Origin: Minisyncoccota bacterium
Lineage (GTDB): Bacteria > Patescibacteriota > Minisyncoccia > Phycocordibacterales > UBA1006
NCBI GenBank assembly: GCA_028697455.1
Contig: JAQVEZ010000004.1
Coordinates: 1-47,080 of the forward strand
Direction of reading: 5' to 3'
Length of the DNA: 47,080 bases
A program made the position numbers and the translations under genes. Positions 19,178-27,537 of this stretch are shown here, one piece after another. Below the pieces are notes generated by a model that made no database searches, was not told the DNA's origin, and worked only from the letters and a program-made list of their open reading frames with translations. How positions within the stretch are numbered: the stretch's first letter is position 1; each line of letters begins with the position of its first letter.

Positions 19178-20431
19178 CTATCCTTCCATTAAATACGAAA
19201 CCAAGCGAGAGGGGTCGAGGTACTCTTTCTCTCCTGTTTTTCTATGGGTTATTTCTATTCCTCCATTCTGAGATGCTTTTTCTGAAACAACAACGCGATA
19301 CGGGATACCAACAAGGTCAGCATCTTGAAGTTTTTGTGCTGGTGGAATATCACGATCGTCAAACAAGACCTCAATTCCTGCATTTTTTAAATCAAAATAA
19401 AGATTTTCAGCTTCTCGAAAAAGATTTTCATTATTACCAAGAGCCAAAATATGCACACTAAAAGGAGCAATTTCTTCTGGCATCACGATTCCCTTGTCGT
19501 CACTGAGCGTTTCAACGACAACACCCAAAAGACGAGAAATTCCGATACCATAGGACCCCATAAAAACATTTTTTTGGGTTCCTGTTTCATCCATATAGCG
19601 GAGCTCTAGAGGTTCAGAAAACCGCTCTCCCAGAGAAAAGATATTCCCCACCTCAACGGCGCGAAATTCACTGAGCTCTCCTCTATTGAGAGAAAGATCA
19701 TTGAGAACTTCATCATTAAAGACTTCTTTGTTAATAGCGATCTTTTTTTCTTGTGAGAGAAAAATAGTATCTTCTCCTGCGTCACAGATAGTTTGAAACT
19801 CATGAGAATATTTTGAAAAGGTTCCTCCTGAAGCAAAGGTAACAAAAGTTTTGTCTCCAATTCCTACTCGTTCATAAATATTGAGATAGGCTTGTTTGAT
19901 TTTTTCATAAAACTCATCATGCTGCTCTTTGTCTTTAGAAAAAGAATACAGAGCTTTCCAAAAAAACTCACGACCTCTCAAGATTCCTGATTTTGCTCGT
20001 TCTTCATTGCGAAAAATAGTACGAATGTCATAAGGGTATGCGGGAAGATCTTTGTATGAACTAATAAAACTCTTCATAAGATCAGTCATCGGTTCTTCGT
20101 GAGTAAAAGCAAGTGCAAGCTCACTCCCATTTTTGAGTTTGGTTTTGAACCAATTATCAACAACAGCATCATCCCAGCGACCAGTCTTTTGCCAAAGTTC
20201 TTTCCGCTGAAGAGCTGTAGATTGAACCTCCTGCCCTCCGATAGCATCCATTTCTTCTCGAATGATATCAGCAATATTATTGAGAACACGTAAACCAAGC
20301 GGAAGAAAAACATAAGCTCCAGCAAGCTCTTTATAAATATAACCAGCACGAATAAGGAGCTCTGCATTTTTTGAATTCTCATCTGCAGGAGCTTCTTTTC
20401 TTGTTTTAGTAAATAACTGAGACTGTTTCAT
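19178..20431 (-). CDS. proS: Proline--tRNA ligase, short form without the INS editing domain
   Basis: MKQSQLF, LLIRAGYI, THEE, FRNEERAKSGILRGREF, EVGNIFSLG, GSYGIGISRL. Start set at ATG 20431. Confidence 0.95.
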   Translation of the reverse strand: MKQSQLFTKTRKEAPADENSKNAELLIRAGYIYKELAGAYVFLPLGLRVLNNIADIIREEMDAIGGQEVQSTALQRKELWQKTGRWDDAVVDNWFKTKLKNGSELALAFTHEEPMTDLMKSFISSYKDLPAYPYDIRTIFRNEERAKSGILRGREFFWKALYSFSKDKEQHDEFYEKIKQAYLNIYERVGIGDKTFVTFASGGTFSKYSHEFQTICDAGEDTIFLSQEKKIAINKEVFNDEVLNDLSLNRGELSEFRAVEVGNIFSLGERFSEPLELRYMDETGTQKNVFMGSYGIGISRLLGVVVETLSDDKGIVMPEEIAPFSVHILALGNNENLFREAENLYFDLKNAGIEVLFDDRDIPPAQKLQDADLVGIPYRVVVSEKASQNGGIEITHRKTGEKEYLDPSRLVSYLMEG

Positions 20432-20472
20432 ATATTGATATAGTACTGGAATATAAGGATATTTCAACCAAC

Positions 20473-20500
20473 AAAAAAAGCGCTCTTTACAAAGCGCTTT
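20473..20500 (-). terminator. Terminator downstream of the 20518 reading frame
   Basis: Minus strand AAAGCGCT-TTGTAAAG-AGCGCTTTTTTT. Confidence 0.65.
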
Positions 20501-20517
20501 ACTTATTTTCAATTTTT

Positions 20518-20828
20518 TCACTCACCCCCTGCCCATTCAAGAAGGTTTTTTTGAATCTCTATCTCCTTTTGAAGATACTCAGCATATTCTTCCTGAAGAA
20601 GGATTTGCTTTTCTTGAAGGCCAATATTCTCTTCAAGAAGAACGGTGTACTCCTCGATCCCCTTACGAAGCCTTACAAGGGCTTCTTTCAATTCTTCGTA
20701 ACTTTCCTCCCCTCTTTCTTTATCGGTTAAAGGCTTGAAAAATATATTTTTATGAGTAATATAAGCTTGGTAAACCTGTGTGGTTTCTTTGAGAAACCTC
20801 CTTGCTCAGCAAGAATGAACGATAGCAT
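20518..20828 (-). pseudogene. Acidic coiled-coil reading frame (95 codons, 20805-20518) without an in-frame ATG; upstream ATG 20828 is one base out of phase
   Basis: Manual translation ...ERGEESYEELKEALVRLRKGIEEYTVLLEENIGLQEKQILLQEEYAEYLQKEIEIQKNLLEWAGGE*, followed by a terminator. Confidence 0.4.
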
Positions 20829-20875
20829 TTTTTATTCGTCGCTATTGTGCAGGGTTTTCTTTAAAATACAATTAC

Positions 20876-21547
20876 ATGCAAAACAAAGAATTAATACAAG
20901 AACTTTTTGATGCGGGTTCACATATTGGATATTCACGAACACGACGACATCCATCCGCAAAATCTTTCATCGTAGAAAATCGAGGGAGAAAAGATATTAT
21001 TAACCTTGAAACTACTGTAGGACAACTTGAGAAAGCTTTTGAATTCCTCAAGACTCTTCATGAAACCGACGGGCAAGTCCTCTTTGTAGGAACCAAACCT
21101 GAAGCTCGACGACTTGTACGCGAGGCTGCTGAACTTATCGAAATGCCCTTCGTTACTGAACGATGGGTTGGAGGGACCCTTACCAACAACAAAGAGCTCC
21201 GTCGCAGAGTTGATCACCTTGTTGACCTTCAGACCAAAGCTGAAAAAGGAGAACTCGTGTTCCAAACAAAAAAAGAAAAACTCATGATCGAACGAGAAAT
21301 CGAACGACTTGAGAAAAAGTTTGGAGGACTTAAAACCCTTCGACGTTTACCAAAAGCACTCTTTATCGTTGACCCACGAAAAGAACATATCGCAGTAACT
21401 GAGGCTCTTCAAATGAATATCCCAATCATTGCTATTGCAAATACTGATTGTAATATTTCAATCCTCAACTACCCTATTGTTGCAAACGATACCAATATTT
21501 CTTCGATTAGTCTTTTTACAAAAAAAATATCTAACTCGCTTAAATAA
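20876..21547 (+). CDS. rpsB: 30S ribosomal protein S2
   Basis: LFDAGSHIG, LFVGTK, ERWVGGTLTN, ANTDCN, IVAND. Confidence 0.97.
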   Translation: MQNKELIQELFDAGSHIGYSRTRRHPSAKSFIVENRGRKDIINLETTVGQLEKAFEFLKTLHETDGQVLFVGTKPEARRLVREAAELIEMPFVTERWVGGTLTNNKELRRRVDHLVDLQTKAEKGELVFQTKKEKLMIEREIERLEKKFGGLKTLRRLPKALFIVDPRKEHIAVTEALQMNIPIIAIANTDCNISILNYPIVANDTNISSISLFTKKISNSLK

Positions 21548-21548
21548 T

Positions 21549-22004
21549 ATGGAAATTTCTTTAGAACAAATTAAAACACTTCGAGAAGAAACTGGAGTTT
21601 CTATTGGAAAATGTAAAGAAGCTCTCGTTGAAGCTAACGGAGATATGGAAAAAGCACGAGAACTTCTTCGTGATATCTCAGCCAAAGCTGCGGCAAAAAA
21701 ATCTGACCGAGAACTTGCAGCTGGGGTGATTCAATCTTATATCCACAATAACAACAACACCGGAACTCTTGTTAAACTTTCCTGCGAGACTGATTATGTT
21801 GCTCGAAATGAGGATTTCATTGCTCTTGCTCAAGATATTGCTCTCCACATTACAGCGATGGGAGGAGCAGAATCTGTTGAAGAGCTTTTATCTCAGCCTT
21901 TCATCAAGAACCCTGAAATAACTATTGCGCAACTTATCGAAGAAGCAGTACTCAAGATAGGAGAACGTATTGAAATAAGTGATTTTGTAAATCTTAGCGT
22001 TTAG
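21549..22004 (+). CDS. tsf: Elongation factor Ts, short form (151 aa)
   Basis: IKTLREETGVSIGKCKEAL, SYIH, KLSCETDYVAR, LLSQPFIK, KIGERIEI. Confidence 0.95.
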   Translation: MEISLEQIKTLREETGVSIGKCKEALVEANGDMEKARELLRDISAKAAAKKSDRELAAGVIQSYIHNNNNTGTLVKLSCETDYVARNEDFIALAQDIALHITAMGGAESVEELLSQPFIKNPEITIAQLIEEAVLKIGERIEISDFVNLSV

Positions 22005-22073
22005 CTCAGGTTTACAAAATAACAATAATTAGGTATCATCTTAATTTGTTGAACACCTTTGAGGTGTTCTCTT

Positions 22074-22146
22074 GCCACTTTAGCTCAGTTGGTAGAGCAA
22101 CGGTTTTGTAAACCGTAGGTCGTCGGTTCGAGGCCGACAAGTGGCT
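22074..22146 (+). tRNA. tRNA-Thr(UGU); CCA not encoded
   Basis: Cloverleaf GCCACTT/AAGTGGC, D arm GCTC/GAGC, anticodon arm ACGGT-TTTGTAA-ACCGT, T arm GTCGG-TTCGAGG-CCGAC. Confidence 0.97.
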
Positions 22147-22154
22147 CAGAAAAA

Positions 22155-22181
22155 ATAAAATACCCTTTCGGGGTATTTTAT
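22155..22181. terminator. Bidirectional terminator after the tRNA
   Basis: AAAATACCC-TTTCG-GGGTATTTT. Confidence 0.75.
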
Positions 22182-23032
22182 TTATGGTTTTCTTTAGGGG
22201 CTTGAAAAGATTTTGTAATAGGATCAAACAAAAGAACAACGGAATCTATAATTTTTTCATCCTCATCATAGATATCATAGAAAAATTGGTTATCTTTTTC
22301 TTTGTCAAAAACTATTTGCTTGGAATCAAGCTGATTAAATTCATCAAGCTCAAGAAGAGTATTCTTTCCTTGGATTGAAAGCTTTTCTATCTCTTTTTTC
22401 TTCACGGCTTCTGGAAACAAAGCTTTCAGATCATCAAGTCCTTTAAATTCTTGATAAATATTATCTTTAACAATAAGCGTTGGATATTTTTTATCAAAAG
22501 AATACAGAGCAGCAAAAGTATTTATCACAGAAAAATCAAGATCTCCGTCAAAAGAATAAATTCTTATCTCGGGGTATTCTTTTTTAAATTCAGTAAGAAT
22601 ATATCCTTGTTTAATACATTCGGGACAGTTATCTCCATAAAAATAAAGAAGTGCATCTACCTGTTGTCCACATTTTGCAGAAAGCTCTTGCATAAGCAGA
22701 TAATCTTTAATTTGGAGAAGCGAATAATGTTTCTTAAGCTCAACAACATCAGCACTTCTCGCTCCCTGTCGTGACTCTGTGTAGTCTAATTTTTGACCAA
22801 ACTCCCCAAGTTCTTGTGAAAGAACAGAGCTTCCAAGTGCTGAACAAGGAGCTGATTTAAGCAAGTCAAACTGTGTTTCATTTGCAATAAGGTCAATACT
22901 TATTTTTTGTTGGAGCTCAACAAGGTGAGACAACTTACGATTGTTCACAAGATACACAAGGGCAAAAACAACAATAAAGACACCAAGAGTAATAACAAAC
23001 GCATTTATATATTTTTTAAAATCTGTTTTCAT
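22178..23032 (-). CDS. Membrane-anchored coiled-coil protein with a thioredoxin-like CxxC domain
   Basis: N-terminal TM segment, helical region, LLYFYGDNCPECIKQGYIL, and YPTLIV (cis-Pro-like position). Confidence 0.7.
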   Translation of the reverse strand: MKTDFKKYINAFVITLGVFIVVFALVYLVNNRKLSHLVELQQKISIDLIANETQFDLLKSAPCSALGSSVLSQELGEFGQKLDYTESRQGARSADVVELKKHYSLLQIKDYLLMQELSAKCGQQVDALLYFYGDNCPECIKQGYILTEFKKEYPEIRIYSFDGDLDFSVINTFAALYSFDKKYPTLIVKDNIYQEFKGLDDLKALFPEAVKKKEIEKLSIQGKNTLLELDEFNQLDSKQIVFDKEKDNQFFYDIYDEDEKIIDSVVLLFDPITKSFQAPKENHK

Positions 23033-23045
23033 AATATCAATAAAA

Positions 23046-24287
23046 CTATCTCCATGTTCCTTTTTTTGCAGTAAGCGCATTATAAGAAGACTGAATAAGC
23101 CAAAGAGGAGAAATAAAAGTATACATAATAATCATAGAAATAATATCGAAGCTAACTCTCTTTTTATCGCGGACAAGGTCTCTCCCTACCCACAAACTTA
23201 CAATCATCAAAACAAGAGCAATAAAAGAGAAGATTTGTAGTTGATTAACCCCTACAAAAAACCAATCAAAGGTAAAGGAGGATGGGAAAGAAAAACCAAC
23301 AACCATTTTCTTTTGAATCCATTCCCAGAGTGGAAAGAAGAAGAGCCAAAGAGAAAGGGGGAACAGAACTGCTGTCAAAAAAATACGAAAGAGCCCAATA
23401 GGAAGAATGATAAGTCCGAGCGAACGATATTTTTTATTAAAGAGAAATTCTCTGTAATCAAAAACATTTCGAATAAATCCATACGTCCACCGAACTCTCT
23501 GCTTAATCAAGGCCCCAAGTCCTTTTGGGCCTACGGTATAAACAATAGAGTTTTCGCTATAGGCAATCTTATAGCCATTTTTTTGCATACGTAGCGCTAT
23601 TTCAGCATCTTCGGTGTGGTGTGCCTCTTTGTAAGGTCCGAGGGTATCAAAAACGTATTTTCGGAAAACAGAAAACGGACCTGGTGTAATATAAATAGCA
23701 TTGAGCTTTGAGAAGGCTTTCCTTGCAAAAAGCCCAACATCATACTCAGCCTTTTGAGCATGTCTCAAGAAAGAATCAGGCTCTGCAATAACCATTGATG
23801 GAATAGTTGCCATAACCTCAGGATCAGCGAAGAATTCCATATAATTTTTTAAAGCATCTGAAGACACCCACGAATCGGCATCCAGAACCCCAACCAGATC
23901 GGAGTCAATGTATTGAAGCGCAAAATTTAAAGCTGCGAACTTTGAACCTTCATTTTCTTTTTGCATGAGCTTAATACGAGGTTCATGCTTATATGCCTGC
24001 AAAACTTCCCATGTTTTATCAGTCGAACCATCATCTACAACAAGAATAGTAATTTTATCAAGAGGTCCTTCAAGTTCAAGCAAGGATTGTAAAGTACGAT
24101 GAACCGTTGCTTCTTCGTTATAACACGGTACAATGATGGTCGTTGAAAGAAAAGGTACCTTTTCAATAGATGAGGTGGTCTCTTTATTTTCTCTTTTATT
24201 ATTTTCAGTTTTTTCCCAAACGCTTAAAAGGAGAAAAATTTGGAAATAAAGCGTCAAAAAAAGGGAAAAATATAAGAAATATTCCAT
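23046..24287 (-). CDS. Processive GT2 glycosyltransferase (cellulose/PNAG-synthase-like)
   Basis: IVPCYNEE, DDGSTD, DADS, TED and QRVRW motifs; N- and C-terminal TM helices. Confidence 0.9.
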   Translation of the reverse strand: MEYFLYFSLFLTLYFQIFLLLSVWEKTENNKRENKETTSSIEKVPFLSTTIIVPCYNEEATVHRTLQSLLELEGPLDKITILVVDDGSTDKTWEVLQAYKHEPRIKLMQKENEGSKFAALNFALQYIDSDLVGVLDADSWVSSDALKNYMEFFADPEVMATIPSMVIAEPDSFLRHAQKAEYDVGLFARKAFSKLNAIYITPGPFSVFRKYVFDTLGPYKEAHHTEDAEIALRMQKNGYKIAYSENSIVYTVGPKGLGALIKQRVRWTYGFIRNVFDYREFLFNKKYRSLGLIILPIGLFRIFLTAVLFPLSLWLFFFPLWEWIQKKMVVGFSFPSSFTFDWFFVGVNQLQIFSFIALVLMIVSLWVGRDLVRDKKRVSFDIISMIIMYTFISPLWLIQSSYNALTAKKGTWR

Positions 24288-24322
24288 ATATGCGCTCTAT
24301 CATATCACGAGAGGTCTTTTTA

Positions 24323-24769
24323 TCAAGGAATGTTTTTTACCTTTGATCTTCCTCCTTTAACCTTCTTTTGAGACTTGAATGCTTTTTCCTTTAAAAGAGT
24401 CTCTCCTCTATCAAATATATCATCAAGTTTAGTATGAATATTATCAACGAGTTTTATTAAAACAGAATAAATCTTGTTACTTGTTTGGACAAGAACTGTT
24501 TGAACCCTAACAAACTCAGAATCAAGATGTTCTTTTGTCAGATTTTCATCTTCGTCATCCCCACGTAAAAAAACCTGCCTAAAAAGATACACCGCAATAA
24601 AAATATACCCTATACCAAAAATAACTTTTGTTAGACTCCCGAGCAAAAGAGCCAGTGCGTGAAAATCAAAACCAAGTATCATACTAATTCCGACACTTGC
24701 AATATCAATTGCAAGAATAATCCGTACCCAATCTTTCCAAGTAATGTTTTGCAAAATATTCCATTTCAT
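24323..24769 (-). CDS. Hypothetical membrane protein (two TM helices plus helical tail)
   Basis: Hydrophobic N-terminal half; TATAAT 9 nt before the ATG; TGA-TAA tandem stop. Confidence 0.7.
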   Translation of the reverse strand: MKWNILQNITWKDWVRIILAIDIASVGISMILGFDFHALALLLGSLTKVIFGIGYIFIAVYLFRQVFLRGDDEDENLTKEHLDSEFVRVQTVLVQTSNKIYSVLIKLVDNIHTKLDDIFDRGETLLKEKAFKSQKKVKGGRSKVKNIP

Positions 24770-24821
24770 ATATTTATTATTATATAGTGGGTAAAATAAA
24801 AAAACACTAAGAATCGTGTTT

Positions 24822-26021
24822 TTATTGTGCTATTTGAATTGCAATAATTTGCTGAAGAAGTGAAATAATCTGTTCCATAAAATATCTTTTTACAATAGTC
24901 TCTTCTTCGGAAGACAAACTATTCAAATCGTAATTTACCCCATCAATAAGAAGGCTATCAGTTACAACAGGAATTATTGGATTTTGTGTTACGTGTGTTG
25001 TTCCAGATCGAGACCCCCCTCCTCCACTACTCCCTTTTGATGGAGATTTTTTCTTTTCGGTAAGGGTGTATGAAAAAGTATTTTCTGGTGTTGTTGGAGT
25101 CATTGATCCAAAAAGAGACTCCCCCTCAATATTTTTTAATACAAGATAGAAAGTAATCCCCTTTTCAAGAAAAATTTGTGTAAGAGTATTTCCAAAATCT
25201 ATTGTCCATTTATCACCATCCCAAGAAGTATTAACACCAGAAGTTTCAAACTGCTCACAGTCTGATTCATCTCCACAAACATCTTGAAAGTTAGCTCCTT
25301 CGATACCAGGAACATATAAAGAAAATTCTGGTACTTCATTTTCAAGAGAGTGGTCAACTTCAAGTTCATAAAGATCAACACTAGATGACGGGGTCACGGT
25401 TAAAATGAAATTATTATTTTTTTCTAATTCAATATCCCCACGAGTAGGAGAAACAGCTATTGAGTAATCTATTATCTCTTGATTTTCCTCATCATTAGAA
25501 TAACCAGGGCATTCGTCAGAGGTTTTTTCTTCCATCGTTCCTTCCCCTTCATTAAGTACCAAAGAAGCACATGTATGAGAACCGTCATACATAGAACCTA
25601 AAAGGTATGCATCATTGTTATCTGTCAAAGCAAAATAAAATTCCGCGTCTTGAATAAGGTCAAAAGCGCTTGGACCTTCTCCCTCACTATCAGTGAAAAC
25701 AAGAGTCCATATCCCATTTGAATAAGTAACGGTAACCCCAGCATTATTGAATTGTTCTTTATCGTCAGCGTCTCCGTAAGCTCCGTCACCTTCTATCGCA
25801 TAAATATGAAATTCAGGTAATACTGATGATTTATTATGATCAACTTCAAGAGCTCCAAGTATCTCCCCTTCTTCTGCTGTAGCTGTAATTGTTAGAGTAG
25901 TAGCAAGAGAATTTTCTCCTGTCTCTGTTGTCCCTGTTGCTGATAATGTTGCAGCATCAGCAATACGTGCCCCCCCTACAAAGAAAATTGAAAGAGCAAA
26001 GAGTGTGAATATTTTTTTCAT
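24822..26021 (-). CDS. Secreted acidic surface protein with two tandem ~110-aa domains
   Basis: Signal peptide MKKIFTLFALSIFFVGGARIADA; the pattern LEVDH...PEF..Y...EQF...GV...WT..F...FY..L...GSM occurs twice; S/G-rich linker. Confidence 0.8.
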   Translation of the reverse strand: MKKIFTLFALSIFFVGGARIADAATLSATGTTETGENSLATTLTITATAEEGEILGALEVDHNKSSVLPEFHIYAIEGDGAYGDADDKEQFNNAGVTVTYSNGIWTLVFTDSEGEGPSAFDLIQDAEFYFALTDNNDAYLLGSMYDGSHTCASLVLNEGEGTMEEKTSDECPGYSNDEENQEIIDYSIAVSPTRGDIELEKNNNFILTVTPSSSVDLYELEVDHSLENEVPEFSLYVPGIEGANFQDVCGDESDCEQFETSGVNTSWDGDKWTIDFGNTLTQIFLEKGITFYLVLKNIEGESLFGSMTPTTPENTFSYTLTEKKKSPSKGSSGGGGSRSGTTHVTQNPIIPVVTDSLLIDGVNYDLNSLSSEEETIVKRYFMEQIISLLQQIIAIQIAQ

Positions 26022-26377
26022 TATAGTTTTACGAAATTAATCTTTATATGAATAAAATCTGTACTCCTTAAATGATGGGTACATTATTAACACTTTATCA
26101 CAAAAAAAAAACTTTCAAGATATCAATGAATGTACATACTCTCCTATTAAACCCTTCTCTTTATTTGAGAAAAAACCTTTTCTTTTTTATAAATTTTTTT
26201 TAAAAATACATTCTTCAAAAAAGTAATGATAGTAAAGGATAAAAGCTTTCATAAAAGACATTATTTCTTTAAGAGACAGGACAGAAAATTACCCATAAAT
26301 AAAAATCAATCAGTGATATTTGACATATCAAATAAATTGTTTGATTTTACAAAAATTAAAAAACCGAAAACGGTTTT

Positions 26378-27523
26378 TTAATAATCCTGAAGTTTTCTAA
26401 TTTTATCATTCATCCTTATTTTTTCATGAACCTTGGCTTCAATCTGACGAATACGTTCACGCGTAACATCAAACTTTCTCCCCACTTCTTCAAGAGTATG
26501 CGAAATACCATCATTTAATCCATAGCGGAGTTCGATAATAACTCGTTCTTTTTCTGAGAGTTCATCAAGAATTTCATGAAGCTGTTCTTTCAAAATCATC
26601 TTTGCAGATTCTCTATCTGGAGAAGGAATGGTTTCATCAGCAATAAATTCTCCTCTCGTAGACTTCTCTTCTCCGTCAGAACCAATTGGTTCTTCAAGGG
26701 ACATCGTTGCTTGGTTGATTTTTCCAATCATATGAATCTTTTCTACATCCAGATCCATCTCTTTTGCAACTTCTTCTGCAGTAGGCTCTCTCCCAAGATC
26801 TTGGGTCATCCTTTTAAAAACTTGTTTGTATTTAGAAATAGTCTCCACCATGTGGACCGGGATACGAATGGTTCTTGATTGATCAGCAAGAGCTCTCGTT
26901 ATTGACTGTCGGATCCACCACGTAGCATAGGTTGAAAATTTAAATCCTTTTGTCCAATCAAACTTTTCAACAGCCTTAAAGAGTCCAATATTTCCCTCCT
27001 GAATGAGATCAAGCAGGGTAAGATCTGGACTTCGTCCAACGTATTTCTTTGCATGGGAAACAACGAGTCTCAAATTCGCTTTTGCAAGAAGATTCTTTGC
27101 TTCTTCGTCTCCTTGTTCAATTCGTTTCGCAAGGGCAACTTCTTCTGCTGCCTTAATCAATGGATACTTCCCTATCTCTCTAAGATACATCTGTACCGAA
27201 TCTTTTGTTTCTGATTGCCTTTTTGTTCCAAAATCTTTTTCGAGAAGCTCTTCATCACTTACTCCCAGATTTAATAGCCCTCCTCCACTTGCCTGAACTC
27301 CTCCTTCAATGACTTCAACCTCAGCATTAGCAAGCTGTGTGTAAAAATCATCAAGAAAAATCACATCTTCTTCAATGTCAGGAAAAACATTTAAGATTTC
27401 AGCATAGGTAAGGAAACGTCGTTTCTTCCCTTTCTCTATGAGTTCGTGAGCTTTTTTATCACGAAGCTCGATAAGTGTTTGAGCTTCTAGTTCAGATTGA
27501 ACTTTTTTTTGTTTTTTATTCAT
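26378..27523 (-). CDS. rpoD: RNA polymerase primary sigma factor
   Basis: DSVQMYLREIG, ANLRLVVSHAK, DLIQEGNIGL, FSTYATWWIRQ, RTIRIPVHM, TRERIRQIE. Confidence 0.97.
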   Translation of the reverse strand: MNKKQKKVQSELEAQTLIELRDKKAHELIEKGKKRRFLTYAEILNVFPDIEEDVIFLDDFYTQLANAEVEVIEGGVQASGGGLLNLGVSDEELLEKDFGTKRQSETKDSVQMYLREIGKYPLIKAAEEVALAKRIEQGDEEAKNLLAKANLRLVVSHAKKYVGRSPDLTLLDLIQEGNIGLFKAVEKFDWTKGFKFSTYATWWIRQSITRALADQSRTIRIPVHMVETISKYKQVFKRMTQDLGREPTAEEVAKEMDLDVEKIHMIGKINQATMSLEEPIGSDGEEKSTRGEFIADETIPSPDRESAKMILKEQLHEILDELSEKERVIIELRYGLNDGISHTLEEVGRKFDVTRERIRQIEAKVHEKIRMNDKIRKLQDY

Positions 27524-27537
27524 GGCACTATGGGTAA

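Noticed and set aside
19178-20521. Track start for proS at GTG 20521
   Set aside because: The extension crosses a terminator and the -10 box; homology begins at MKQSQLF (20431). Over-long track starts for gatB, mreC, tsf, rpoB, lepB and truB were rejected on similar grounds.
26022-26377. Replication origin
   Set aside because: AT-rich, but there is no cluster of DnaA boxes and no dnaA or dnaN nearby.
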